NCBI GenBank assembly: GCA_951406725.2
Contig: OX597815.1
Location: 121,892,001-121,956,000 of the forward strand
Source: Octopus vulgaris
Taxonomy: Eukaryota
Direction: 5' to 3'
DNA length: 64,000 nucleotides
Shown here: positions 1-13,969 of the stretch, piece after piece
Layout of the letters: each line of letters begins with the position of its first letter
Position numbering within the stretch: position 1 is the first letter of the stretch
Made by a program: the position numbers and the translations under genes
The notes under the pieces: model-generated
What the model was told of the DNA's origin: nothing
Database searches by the model: none
Seen by the model: the letters and a program-made list of their open reading frames with translations, nothing else

Positions 1-165
1 ACATCATAGTTGTTGTGGCCCAAAAGCATTTGCTTATCATTCTATTTAAAAGTTAAACAAGTTGAGACTTATAGGTGGAGTATTGAAACAGCTAGAAAAC
101 TAATGAGCAGTTTGTAGTTTAACAAAACTGGAATCAACGATCTTCTTACAAAATGGATAAATTAA

Positions 166-385
166 CCCTTTTGATACCAACTCGGCTGAAACAGCCTCTG
201 GCTCTGTAGTACAAATGTCTTGTTTTCAAAAGTTATGAATTAAAATTTTCCACCAAACCTTAGTCACAATTTATGTTCCTAACACTAGCTTAATGATAAC
301 TAAGTTATTTTACTAAATTCTTTGTTATATTTAAAATTAATTGAAAGAAACAGAGCATCTCAACAGAAATATGATAACAAAAGGG
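166..385 (+). mobile_element. piggyBac-type MITE, 220 bp
   Basis: TTAA on both sides (162-165, 386-389); termini CCCTTTTG...CAAAAGGG; near-identical inverted copy at 6894-7113. Confidence 0.85.
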
Positions 386-1293
386 TTAAGGAATATCTGT
401 AACAACTTTTCAGATAAATGTCATTTTCCTTTTTAGGTTTTCATTAACTGGTTAGGAGATGTCGATCATTTTTCCATACACTTGCACAGAATGCATTGAA
501 CAGATGACACTAACAAAACATTTGCTTGTACCAAGAAAACATTTTTTTTTCACTACATACCTCCATATTGAAAAAAAATATCTTAATAAACAAATTTTTT
601 AAATTTCCAAATGGAGATGTTGACTAAAAATTCAAACAAAAGAAATATATCTTTTTAAAAATACAAAGACATTGATTCATAAAATATCTATTTCATTACA
701 AGTTCTGGCATAATACCATACAGCTGACAGGGATATTGAAAGGACATATGATAAAAAGGAGAGACAATGAAGCTAGATACAGACTCCTGAATCTCTAATA
801 AGGAAAATATTCCAATAAATCAAGACCGTCATTAAAACATACAATATGATGTTTAGCCTCAAGTAAGAAGTGAATTCTACAATAAAAGTACTTTTAATTA
901 TATGTAAGCCTTCAATATATTCAAGGTATATAAATAATCAAAGCTATAAACAAAAGTTATCTTTCAAAAGAGGGACAAATTACACTAGATAGTATTAACT
1001 TTTATTTCAAATTAATTCAATTTAATGACAAACAAGACTGTAGTAATGAAATAAAACACTAAAAAAAATGAGTGCGTAAAATGATGACTATGCATACTTT
1101 TCAAATATAATTACAAAACCTTTTACAGATACATGTATTCTTTCAAACACAAACTGCCTCATGAGTATCAATGAAATTATAAACATACAGTTTTAGATAA
1201 AGGTAAACTGGAAAGAAAAGTGAAAAACAGATGTTACTTCATTATAAACAGATAGTGGTACAGAGCTGAATCTATTTTTAGATGAAATTTAAA

Positions 1294-1655
1294 TCAATTT
1301 TTCAATCATTCTCAAAATTTAATAAGTTGTATATTGGTTTAGTCTAGTGATTCTGAGGATCTATATAAGATTTTAAGTGGTCCATGTAAGAAAATAGTGA
1401 ATTGGAGATCCACAACAGTATTTTAAGGCCCCCTAAACAAATTTTGCTTCAGATGCATGTATTGGCATGCTAGGTTTCTTTCTCTAAAATTCTACATAGT
1501 TCAACCTACACAAGTTAATGTGTGAAAAACAAAATAGGAATTATGAAAGTAGTTTCTATAAAACTAGTTTTTAAACATTGCATGGCTACAGGGGTCCACC
1601 AGAATAAAATAGTAATCAAAATGGTCCATAGATAAAAAATGGTTGGGAACCCCTG
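1294..1655. mobile_element. Degenerate hAT-like MITE
   Basis: Right end ...aaaaatggttgggaacccctg resembles a hAT/Charlie-type TIR, with ggggtccac subterminal motifs; left end poorly defined. Confidence 0.35.
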
Positions 1656-1957
1656 GCTTAGTCAGTACTATTAGCAGTACTATAACCTTTGTACTGCCAA
1701 CCACTATAAGAATGTAATTAAGTCATATTTGTTACAGAATCAACACTAATGAGTTCAATATCAAAGATCTCTATGTGATTAGTTTCATTTCAGAATATCT
1801 ATTTAACTTATAAGATTCTCTTTCTCATTCAAGGCAAGCCTGACCTTCAACAGAGAAAGAAACAGAGGGAAAAGGGGAATATCCTGACATTGGTCCAAAA
1901 AGCAACAGAGAATAAAAATAGCTAAACAATTAAAAGAGGAATTGGTGAAAAATATAA

Positions 1958-1988
<31 letters not shown>

Positions 1989-3045
1989 ACAGAAAGTTCC
2001 TACAAAGTTAAGCTTCACATTTTAAATAATTTTAAATACCATAGGATAAAAAAGGAATAAAAAAATATACTGCAAATGGCATGTGCTACTGGACATTAAA
2101 TTCATCCTTTGAGACCACAGAACTCGTTTGGTGTTAAAAAGTAAGAAATTCAAACATTTGAGATCCTTCAAAATACAGAGAACAATCTCAGAAAATATTT
2201 AACAATAAATATAGACAGAGCTAAGAATATTAACGATTAAGAATAAATCTAGATGAGGTAGAAAAATAATATTAGGTGAAGTTATGATCTTAGAGTGCTT
2301 AACAGATGTTTATTTGCAGTTTAAATGTGATTTTAATTGACTATGGCCTCATTTTCTTGTACATGAACTTCTTAAACTTGGATATTGATTACTGTTGGAA
2401 TTAATACAAATTGCAGCTTCTTTTCATTTACAAGTGAATATATAAAATTTCTAGTGGACAGCTAAATTTGAACTGCTATTCAGATTTTTTAATAAATTTA
2501 CATCCTTTATACTGAAGTATAAAAATGGAGTAAAAATTATGGCTAAACAAATTATAAAAACATGTTCTAAATCTGTTTTCCCAAACTAAACAATAACGTA
2601 AAAAATGATTCTGTTACTAACAGGGTGAAAAACATTCATGATACTTTTTTAAATATTCATATTTAAGATAAAGGTTATTTCAGTTAGTATCATTTTACCA
2701 TAAAACAACTTAATATATATTTACTGTTATGTAATATTGTTATAAATTTTGGAAGAAGGCCAATAATTTTAGTGGGAGGATTTAGTTGATTATATCAACA
2801 CCAGCACTTAACTGGTAATTTATTGACCTCATGAAAATGAAAAGCGAAGTTGACCTCAGCAGGATTTGAACTTAGCAGCATTTCTAACTCTTAACATTCT
2901 AAGCATTTTATATGGAATATTAACAGTCCTATCTGCTTGTCACCTTAGTATTATGTATTACTTTTTTTAATGCTGCAAAAAACTGTTTTGTAATATTAAA
3001 AACAAATCAATAATTTTAGACCAAACAAAAATAAAATCAACTTAC

Positions 3046-3820
3046 TTTGCTTTTTGTAAATATCCTCAGTTTCCTTCTTTATTCGTGAAGAAGAAGAAGA
3101 AGAATAATATATGGAAGACGTATCAGAATCCTTGCTAGTTTCAAAGGCTGAAATTCCAGATCCTCTTCTAGTTTCATAAGATGAAATTCCAGAATCTCTT
3201 CTGGCTTCAAAGCCAGAAAGCCCAGAATCCCTTCTGGTTTCAAAACCAGAAAGTCCAGAATCCCTTCTGGTTTCATAAGCTAAATTACCAGATTCCCTTC
3301 TGCTCTTTCGACTAGAATCTTCAAATAAAGAAGTATAATCCGATTGTGAAGTCCTAGTATCAGAGGAAGTATAAGAAAGATCAGAATCTCGACGGGATTC
3401 CTGTTGATTTCGAAAAGAATAGGAACCAGATTGCTTTTGGGAATGTCTTGTGTCATATGAGGACAAATTCGAACTTTGATTATCTGAAAAGTATGAACCA
3501 TAGGAGTCCTGAACATTTCGGACATCAGAAGTATGTGAACTGGATCCTTTGTAATCTGAAGAATAAGAATCCTTTCTTCCAGATCTGTAAGGTATGTAAG
3601 ATGATTCAGATTCTCGTCTTCTTGTTACATCAAGAATAGATTCTTTTTTATTTGAGTCCCAGTCTGAATCTCTATCAAAAGATGTTGAGAAACGGTCTCT
3701 GGATCTCCTATCACTGGTATATGAGGTTTGAACATCTGATTTACTTTCTGATGAAGATATTCCGCCTGGAGATGAAGTAAGAGAATATTGATAAGAGAGT
3801 TTTTGGTTTGAGTGATACAT
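3046..3820 (-). CDS. Coding exon (probably an alternative first coding exon) encoding a 258-aa Ser/Arg/Asp-rich disordered segment with 11-aa repeats; host gene unidentified
   Basis: Longest ORF in the window and not repeat-derived. ATG at 3820 (gacaATG) with an in-frame TAG 9 codons upstream. Protein-like composition stops at the strong donor CAA A|GTAAGT (cttac at 3041-3045), phase 1; the ORF tail beyond it reads as AT-rich intron. Confidence 0.85.
3123..3308 (-). repeat. Coding tandem repeat, about 6 x 33 bp (ETRRDSGLSGF-like)
   Basis: ccagaatc-type anchors recur at 3123, 3156, 3189, 3222, 3255 and 3288 (exact 33-bp period). Confidence 0.9.
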
Positions 3821-6124
3821 TGTCAAAGATTCAATGAAAACTTCCTATATTCAGATTACACTAAAATCCAATAACAGTACAAATCAATCAACCATAGAAA
3901 GAAAAAAAGTATACATATAAATTATTATAAATTGCTGCAATATTTTTCTTTCTCTGAATTTTCAACCAAATATATATCGTATTTTCCTTTTTTAAAGTGC
4001 AGAACTCAACAGTGACAATAACAGAATCCAAAAAATCCAGCAAGCTGCAACTACATGTTACTGTTATTAGCAGGTGAGCATAAGAACCAGGAAGTTCTCT
4101 CTTCCTGAAACTAACACTGGAGAGAAGGCTAAAGAAATGATGTTACTTAGGTAATGCAAACTGTGCCAACACTAAAGACTATTTCAGGATAAAATTAAAA
4201 CGTGTGCAGAAGCTAGCAAAAGTTAGTGTGGCATCTCAACCACCCACCGGTGCTGCTAAAATATAAAAAAAACAAGTAAGTTAAATACAAAACAAGTTGT
4301 AAAACAAGAGTAATAAAAACAAAATGAAATGATGTAAACAAAATAGAACCACCGCCACCATTGTGAATAACTTCACGAGCTTACTACAAATGGTAAAAGA
4401 AATTTGAGCAGAAAAATAAAACAAAATAAAAACAAAGTATAAGTTGCCAGCAGAAATATTTGCAATGATAATAAGAAAACTTATTTAATACTTTATAGTC
4501 TTGGTTAAGCAAAGTTTTGGTTTTGTTACGGATGACTTTCAGGACATTTTGTTGAGATTGCAAAACCTTATTTATAACTGTGAACTTAATAACACATTTC
4601 AAAATAGTAATATAATAATCTTATAAAATATAAAAAGAACAATGAAATAGTAATTTCTCCAAAGCAACTTTCTATTACTGTTTTCCATGTTTGCATGGGT
4701 GTGACAGGTTTATTCATTAGGGTAATTGTTTTCCACTTGGATGCCCTTCCTACTATTAACCACTCAACTGTAAAGTGAGGGTGTTTTCTCTTTTGGGTTA
4801 CATGCCAGATAAACTTAAGCCAGCAGAGTTATAAGCCACCAGAGTTATGAGAGTTGATAATGTTGTTCAAAGACCACATTATTAACAGTAATAATATCTG
4901 AACATATGACCATGAGGTCAGATGTACAACACCTTTACTTCACAATTGTTGCACTTTTTAATGTAAACTGTGTATAAATTATAGTACATTATATACATTA
5001 ACACCAGAGTGGTGTATTGACAGAATCATTAGAGTACTGGAGAAAATGCTTTGCTGTACTTGTTCCCATTTTTTTATGTTCCAATTTTGAATCCATCTAG
5101 GGTTAACTTTGCCTTTTATCCTTTAGAGATTAATATAATCAACTAAACACATCCCCATCATGCCCTACTGACAAAACATTTTTGAGAAATTGGAGAAAGG
5201 GTGTTTTTTTTTAACCCATCACTTCTTTATTTTTCTTTCATTTTACAAATTATAGTGGGTAGGGTGTTGCTCTCATGATTGAAAAATTACAATTTCAGTT
5301 CCAGGATAGGGCAGTATGTTATGTTTTTTTTTAGCAAAACACTTACTTTCACAGTGCCCTAGTCCATTCAGTTGTAAATTAATAAACCTGCAATGGACTG
5401 GCATCTCATTCAGGGGCAATGTTGTGATCTTGGTCACTTACATGCCATAGGAATCAGCCCAATGAGTTTCAGGACTCAAGACAGTAATGTCCAAGAAACG
5501 ATCATGTTTCTTCATTTGATTGTTTCCTTTCAGTGGATTTCCCACCCAACAATTTTCTTCAAGAGTAACTTTCAACATTCTGATATTTGAAGCTCCCATC
5601 TAAGATGTAAATACAGTTTATTATATCAGCCTGTTCCTCTGTTTTTGTAGTTGGGTTTCTGTTTTAAAAAACTTAGTGGTTAGATATTTGATAAACTTTT
5701 TTGTTTTGAAAATGACACATTTATATCACAAATGTACAACAATGTCAACCATTACAGGTTTCCAATCAACCAGTCATTGGTTCTCTGCATTGCTAACAGC
5801 AAAAATGATAAGGGAATGTCTGTGACCCAGGGTTCAAATATCACAAGAGTCTTTATTGTGGTGCAGCCTCCTGGCTTCCCAGACCCTGGTCGAACTGTCC
5901 AATCCATGCTAGCATGGAAAACGGACGTTAAACGATGATGATGCTTACACTGATAAATGTTAAGAGATAAACACAATGCACACACACACATTTATTTATA
6001 CAATTGGCTTTTGTACAGTTTCCATCTATCAAATTCCACACATATGAGACTATGGCAGCAGACACTTTCCCAAAATACTGTCATGAAATCAAACTTGGAA
6101 CCATGTGGTTTGCTATCTTTTGAC

Positions 6125-6505
6125 TTTTCTTTACCTTGTTTCAGTCAATGGACTGTGGCCATGCTGGAGTATCACATTGAAGGATTTGGGAAAACAAATC
6201 GATTGGTAGTTATTCTACCAATCTCTTTTGCTTAACCACTAAGTTTGGGGGGGGGGGGGGCAAACAAGCCAACGCCAGTTGTCAAGTGACAAATACAAAG
6301 ACACACATACGTATACCACACACATGTATACAGGCTTAGTGAGCTTCCATAGTTTCTGTGTTTACTAAATTCATTCACAAGGCATTATTAGATGGTCCAG
6401 GATTATAGTAGAAGATTCTTGCCCAAGGTGCCATGCAGTAGCACTGAACTCAGAACCACATGGTTGCAATGTGAGCTTCTTAATCACATAGCCATATCTG
6501 TGCCC
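6125..6505 (-). mobile_element. SINE family A, diverged
   Basis: gactgtggccatgctggag...agtagaaga..cttgcccaaggtgccatgcagt. Confidence 0.8.
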
Positions 6506-6893
6506 ATAGCTCGGTAAGCAAACTCCTTAACAACACATCCATGCCTGTACCCATTTACTTGAAATAAATTTCATTAACAGATGACAGCAGTCATAAATGA
6601 AGCAGGCTTCTGTTGCAGCAGGCTCTGCAGAGGGAGCTGCATCTAATGAGAATTGTTTTCTTTCTTTCTTTTTTATTCTTCTTTCCAATGTCATAAGATA
6701 CAGATAGAATTAATATAGAAATCATATTGTGCTACAATGCTTGGGTACTTACTTTGCATTACCAAGTGATAAAACAATTATTAACCACTAAAATTACAGG
6801 TTGTTTATTGTTGGCTTTATAAAAATCATATCCCTAAAATATTCTATACATTATAAGCTAGTAATAATTAGGGATCCACAATTATATGCTTAA

Positions 6894-7113
6894 CCCTTTC
6901 GTTACTGTATTTATTTTGAGATGCTCTGTATTTCTTTCAATTATTTTAAATATAACAAAGAATTTAGTAAAATATCTTAGTTCTCATTAAGCTAGTATTA
7001 GGAACATAAATTGTGACTAAGGTTTGGTGGAAGATTTTAATTCAAAACTTATGAAAACAAGACATTTGTACTCAGAACCAGAGCCGGTTTAAGCCGGGTT
7101 GGTAACGAAAGGG
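6894..7113 (-). mobile_element. piggyBac-type MITE, 220 bp
   Basis: TTAA flanks, perfect 12-bp TIR CCCTTTCGTTAC/GTAACGAAAGGG; reverse complement of 166-385. Confidence 0.88.
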
Positions 7114-7948
7114 TTAATATAGTATATATACTGTTTTCTATTTGAAAATTAACAACAGGGGCAACACTTTATTTCAGTCACAGTCAAACTACAGCCCACA
7201 GGACATTCTGAATGGTATGCTTAATTTGAGGAAGAAAATAACGTTTATTAAAAAGTTTTTAGTAGCACAACCAACCTAACGATGAGTCATGTCCCATGCA
7301 GTTTGCTTCATGTAAAAAGCTGGCCATGACTGCCCTACATGTTTACAACAGCATTCTCTGCATAGATAACCAGTAAATATGTTCATTTACTGTAGAAGTT
7401 GTGTAAATTTGTTATAGCTGTCAATGAATTAGTTGCCATGAGTATTGATTATTTGTTAAGTCTTCTAGCATTAAGATATTCAATACATGATTGATGGTGG
7501 ATCTCTTATGTTAATAGTAGTTACTTTGATTTATCAAAGTGACAAATCTGTTGCTAAATTTTGTCTTCAACACTATTACTTTGAAAAGCTTTGATTCAAC
7601 TTTCATTTCTCCTTTTGGGAAACCTGGAAGAGAAGTGTACAGAGATTTGAGTTTATTCCATGTCATAAAATCAATCAGCATATTTGGTAGTGTTCAAATT
7701 AAGTTAAAGTTGAAATTTTCTTTTCTTTCCTTCATTTTACTTTTTCCTCATTACTATGTGCTTTATATCTTCAATTATCATGTTTGGGTCATAAACTAAC
7801 ATGAAATTTTGATGGAAGATTTGAACTTAGATCACTAGTTTGTAAAGTGGAAGAAAGCAACAAAAAACCACTGATGTATCTTTCCCAAGTCATGAATCTT
7901 TGGACTTTGAAATGGATGTTCATCATCACCAATGCCAGTATGCACAAC

Positions 7949-7985
<37 letters not shown>

Positions 7986-9040
7986 ACGGTTTTAATATAT
8001 GTTTGTAAGTCAATACATAAAACATGGGGGATAGAGTAAAAAACAAACTAAAATAACCATTAGTGTGTACAACTATCATCATTCCCATGTCCCATCAGCA
8101 TACTGAACCACTATTAATTACAACTATATTTTGACTAGTTTGATTGATGTCTTTTTTGCTTCTTGCTCTCTGATGCTGCCTTAGAATCTACTGTAACTAA
8201 GAAATCTACATTCTTTTAACAAGCAAATTTCCCGAATTCTACTTCTTTAGTAAGTCATTTAATTTTTAATTATATAAGTTTACGGGATAAAGGCCTGTGG
8301 CCTAATGATCAGGCTGTTGAGCTAATGCAATCAAAGTTGTGGGTTTTAATCCTTGTCACAGACAACACATTGTGTCCTTGCTGTAGTCTTCTCAGCTGTC
8401 ACTGAGTAGATGTTTATGTCTGCTTATGACTACATCAGCACTTAAAACAATTAGTGAAAGCATGGTGCATGTCACCAAGCCATACTTGCTTCCGAGTGCT
8501 AGGTGACTGACTTTAAGTTCATGGGTATTAAAACTGAACTAAGTAATGAAGGAGTCATGTGCTCACTTGAAATGCTAAATATGGCAACCAAATCCCACTC
8601 AAGCAACATCTTACCATCTTTCCATCTTGAAAAGAGAAAAAAAATTATGCTTTGAATAATCTAGTCCACAGTACAACACTATACCTGAACAATCATAGCT
8701 GTACTTGATTAAAGACAATCTAGGGTCAAACAACAACAAAACATGAAATCCATAATAATATGCAGTAAAAATAACTTTATACACACACAGTTACACAGCT
8801 ATATAATTTCTTTCAAATATTATTAGCTATAATAATTAACTAAAAATACATGTCTTATATTGAAAGTAAATGGAGAAAAATTTGTTTCTTTTTTGTTACA
8901 ATTTTTGTTAAGACTGTTTAACATTTCCAATTGTGTTACAAATGCATAACAAATGTTGCCCTATTTGTACATAATGTCTGTTTGTTTGCCTTATGAGTGA
9001 ATTTAGTAAACGGAAACTAAAAAGAAGCCTGTCATGTCTA

Positions 9041-9166
<126 letters not shown>

Positions 9167-9229
9167 TTAAACTAGTAGTGGGGGAGGAAATACGAAGAGT
9201 GTAATAGCGAGAATAAGAATAGGAAGAAA

Positions 9230-9962
9230 TTCAGAGAGCTTTTACCCCTGTTGGCTACAAAAGTTTTCTCTCCAAGTGAAAAGAAGACTGAATGATGCAT
9301 GTATATGGACAGCAATTCTACATGATAGCGAGACACGGGCCTTGAATGCAGAGGACATGTAAAGGGTACAGAAGAATGAGGCCAGTATGCTCCACTGAAT
9401 GTGTAATCTCAGTGTACAAGTTCGACAGAGTCTTAGTGTACTGAGAGAGTTAGGCATTAGAGGAATGGTTACTGTATGCAAGACAAAAGATTGCACTGGT
9501 TTGGTCATGTAATGCAGATGGATGCCAACAGTTCCATAAAAAAGTACTTGTCTCTCAAAGCAGATGGAACACGAGGAAATGGGAAAACATACGACAAAGT
9601 ACTGAAGGACAACCTCAGGATGCTGAGCCTTTCATACGAGATGACAAAGGATTGAGATGCCTGGTGCCTTACTGTACTCAAGAAGACCCATACTCAACAG
9701 CAGAAGTGTTAAGACCACTTCCCCTAGTGAAGACGACTAGCCTGCAAGAGCCCTGTGCTGGTACCACATAAAAAGCACTTGTGCCAATGCCATGTAAAAG
9801 TATTCATGTAGTGCCACATAAATGCAGCCAACACACACTGTAAAGTGGTTGGTGTTAGGAAGGGCATCCAGCTGTAAAAACCATGTCAAATTAGACTATC
9901 CAGTTTGCCAGCTCTGGTTAAACCTTCCAACCCATGCCAGCATGGACAACAGACATTAACTG

Positions 9963-9965
<3 letters not shown>
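9230..9965 (+). mobile_element. Decayed RTE LINE 3' fragment with tail
   Basis: Similar to 57553-57890 (tgctccactgaatgtgtaat...cactggtttggtcatgtaatgcagatggat) followed by the common gtggttggtgttaggaagggcatccagc tail. Confidence 0.75.
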
Positions 9966-9997
<32 letters not shown>

Positions 9998-10369
9998 TAT
10001 TGCTTAATGTTGGATGAATGAGAAAAAGAAGTACTCAATACATGTCATGGAGGATATAGTTTAATTTTTGTTTTTGTTTTTTTTATTATTAAAAGTGAAG
10101 CTGAAGGTTTGTCTCATGATTCAAGTTTCACACCAAAATAGACTTTACACACAAATAGTAAACAAGCTTCAAGGTCATGCAAAAGCATTGATGATTGTAG
10201 TCTTCCATTCAAACATATCCAGACTAGAGGAAATATTACTTTGCTTGAAAATAGGTGAAGGTTAGTGATAGAAAGAGCATCCAACTGGAGAAAAATCTAC
10301 TCTGAAAATTTTTTATGACACATGCATGCATGGAAAAGTAAATGTTAAAATAATACACACACACACACA

Positions 10370-10403
<34 letters not shown>

Positions 10404-10740
10404 GCAATCTTTATATCCAACTGAGCATTGATATTTTGTTAAAACACCAAATACTGTGGCATTCACCTTGAGAGGACCTTTCATATGGACAGATGGCATA
10501 TTAAAGCACACATATCATTGGAAGACGGGAATCATCTATTACAGACCTCAGAACTGCCAGAACATATAATTTTGATGTACTCGGTCTTTTCAGAGGTAGA
10601 CAGCTGCTATTCACATACCAGCCAAATATAACAGCCAATGAGTAACTTTTCAGGCACTGATGTTTCAAATAGCTAGCAAGCTTATTAAAGAATAATTATT
10701 AGTGACAGAAGCAGCATTAATACCAAAAGGTGATCTGTAC

Positions 10741-10912
10741 ATGTGAGTGCTGGAAAGTTTCCTAGCTTTAAGGGTATCATGAAAAGCCTGGTTGGAGGCC
10801 CAACTTTTCAAGATCTTTTACAGGGCTTAAAAAACTGAAAGACTACTGCATATGTATGTGAATTTCAGAGGGGAATATGTTGAATAAAATCATAATTAAC
10901 TGAACCTCCTGT
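10741..10912 (+). mobile_element. Mariner-derived MITE, 3'-truncated copy
   Basis: Colinear similarity to 38550-38720 (ggttggaggcccaac...aaaactgaaagac...gaggggaatatgttgaataaaatcataattaactga). Confidence 0.65.
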
Positions 10913-12720
10913 CACCTGCTCATATATCTAACTCAATATGGATATTTTGTTGAAATGTCAAATGCTATGCTATTGACTTCTCATTTGGATGCATGGTGCA
11001 TTCATCATTTTTAAGTTTCCCTTTTCTATGCTGGCATGGATTGAACAAGATTTATTAAAATATTATTCTATGACCAGACACTCTTCTTGTCATCAACTTT
11101 TACCTACTCTTCAAGTTAGGTATAATCCATGCTTTTCAAGCATGATAAAGCCAATAGGCTATGGGATGCATTGTTTACAGGAGATGCAAACAACACATTA
11201 CAGCAGCACAAACGTTGTCAGGGTGAATGTATAAGGAAATAAACATTAAAACACACACATTCAGATATACATACACACACACACACTAATATATAGTCGT
11301 CTTAATGTCTGCTTTTCATATTTGCATTGGTTGGACAGAATTTGCTGAGGTGGATGCCCTTCCTGTCACCAACCCTCACCCATTTCTAAATATGGCAATA
11401 TTTCCCCATCTTTTCATGAAAGAATAGAAATGAAGGATGCTGCTTGCATGTTGGTAACATTCATTTACAACTATCATGCAATTTCAAGGCAGGGAGGAGA
11501 TAGTAACACACACACATATGCAACAGGTTTCTTTTAGTTTCTATTTACCAAATCCACTTGAAAGACTTTGATCAACCTGGGGCTATAGTAGAAAATATCT
11601 GTTGCAAGGGGCCATGCTGAGGGACTCAACCCAGAACCATGTAGTTGGGGAAACAAACTTCTTACAACACAGCCACACCCATCATATATCATAGTATCAA
11701 CCAGAGTATCAGACATTGTTATACATCACTGGTCACAATTCGCTTTGCATTGTTTAAGCTTTCTAAATGACACCACCCCACTGGCTAGATGAGCAGGTCA
11801 ACATTCTCCCTGATCAGTAGGCTATTCCATTACAAGATTACCCATTTACAGCTGAGTGGACTGGGGAAACATGAAATGAAGTGTTTTGCTCAAGAACACA
11901 ATGCACCACCCAGCCCAGGAATCAAACCCATGATCAAGCAATCTAATCACTGAGCCACATGCTTCCACATGTGTGAGAGAGAGGTTTCTGTACAGTTTCC
12001 AGCTACTTATTTCACTCACAAAGTAATGAACTCAGTGCTTCTCAGCAGGATAGGCCTTAAAAGCCACACCATACAAAGGGAACTTCATGACAACACAGCC
12101 ATTCCTGTACCTATTATAATATATACACAATACATACATATATAGTTGTCATTTCTACAACTGGTTTCCTATGAAGCAGTGTACCCCTCCCTGACACCAA
12201 CACATTCAGTCGGAAATGTGCATAAACTTTTGATAAAGATTAGTTATGTTGCAGAAAAAGGAAATTGTTCATGGTATTACCACACACAAAAAAATATATA
12301 TACCTGTTTAATTTGTATTTACACAGATTATTTATGAGTGCCAGCAGTTCTTTTATTTTCTTTTAATCAAAATCTAACACAGGAAAAGAATGTACCTCCT
12401 CTGGAGCTTTAGTACAACATATGGCAACTGAACTTGCACGCATTCATATAAAAAGCTGTATTCTGTATTAGAAGTTAGTTTGACATTTAAGTTTTAAAAA
12501 CCCTGATCGTTACTTTCTATACTTCATTCATAACTTTTAGTTTCCCACTGTTTTGTATCCTACATCATCCAAGCTTATGTAGAAGGCAGAATTAAGATAT
12601 GGATACTATATTCATTCACGTACAGTTTGAACATTCTATAAGTTCTATTATTATTTATCTTCAAATGTTCAGCTTTCTCATATGTATTTGCATCTAATTA
12701 TTCTGCTTTCAATTACTTCC

Positions 12721-12927
12721 TTAAGCCCTTTGAGACAACAACTAATTCCATGACATAAGTTTCCTGTTTTAAAGTGAGCTAAATTAAAACCTTCAGTCAA
12801 GATTTCATGTTATGTTCCATACACCAGTTTGAATAATAAAGATATTTTACTAAATTCTTCATAATTATCATAGACACTAAAACAAAACCAATATATTTCA
12901 ACAGAAATATGGGAACAAAAGTGTTAA
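12721..12927 (+). mobile_element. Diverged copy of the piggyBac-type MITE family
   Basis: Shares ttttactaaattctt and caacagaaatatg..aacaaaag.gttaa with 166-385. Confidence 0.6.
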
Positions 12928-13563
12928 ACTACATATTCAAATACTGTTACCCATCTTTTACTTTTTTCAGTCATTGGACTGCAACTATTCTGAGGTACTG
13001 TCTTGAAAGATTTCATTGAGCAAATTGACCCCAAAACTAATATCAGTTTCTTTTGCTGAGCCACTGTGGTATGGAGACATAAACCAACACCAGTAGTCAA
13101 GCAGTGGTGGGACAAACATACACACATTACATATATTAATAAATCCGGGCAGATATCTACAAAGCACTCAGTATTAAGTGAACTTGGTTAACTATATCAA
13201 ACAATCAGATACCAAAAAATTCAAGTACAGTTGACATCCAAGGTAATTTTACATGTGTGATAAGTAAATCCAAATATTACTTAGAAGTATTTACTAAACT
13301 GGCTTCTCTTAAAATATTATATTTTACCTTAATGTTCTTTTTGTGTGTGTTCATGTATTATAGATATTATTTCAGTTCACTATGAATTTAACCAGTTTTA
13401 GGTTACCTTGATAATATTGTATTAGCATAAATTTTCAGATTGGTTTGGCTGGTATTTTGCACCTTTTTTCTACATCCAAATATGCTAGCAGAATAGAAAT
13501 GATCAATGGTAATGTATGATATAATCATCGATTAAAGATGTGATTTCCTCCATTCTTGTTCAT

Positions 13564-13606
<43 letters not shown>

Positions 13607-13969
13607 CTCTTTTATTTGTTTGTCATTTGACTGTGGCCATGCTGGAGCATCACCTTTAGTCGAGCAAATCGACCCCAGGACTTATTCTTTGTAAGCCTAG
13701 TACTTATTCTATTAGTCTCTTTTGCCAAACCACTAAGTTACGAGAACATAAACACACCAGCATCGGTTGTCAAGCAATGTTAGGGGGACAAACAGAGACA
13801 CACAAACACACACATATATACGACGGGCTTCTTTCAGTTTCCGTCTACCAAATCCACTCACAAGGCTTTGGTCAGCCCGAGGCTATAGTAGAAGACACTT
13901 GCCCAAGGTGCCATGCAGTGGGACTGAACCCAGAATCATGTGGTTGGTAATCAAGCTACTTACCACACA
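13607..13969 (-). mobile_element. SINE family A
   Basis: Reverse complement of the family A consensus. Confidence 0.88.

Noticed and set aside
1-3000. Common downstream exon for the two first exons
   Set aside because: No convincing acceptor-ORF-donor combination found; it probably lies beyond the window start, although a micro-exon cannot be excluded.
2996-3045. ORF-track C-terminus SKLILFLFGLKLLICF of the 276-aa ORF (looks like a membrane anchor)
   Set aside because: Lies after a consensus GTAAGT donor in T-rich intron-like sequence; most likely read-through, not protein.
3079-3525. Overlapping ORFs with repeats (LKPEGILDFL...)
   Set aside because: Alternate frames of the 33-bp coding repeat.
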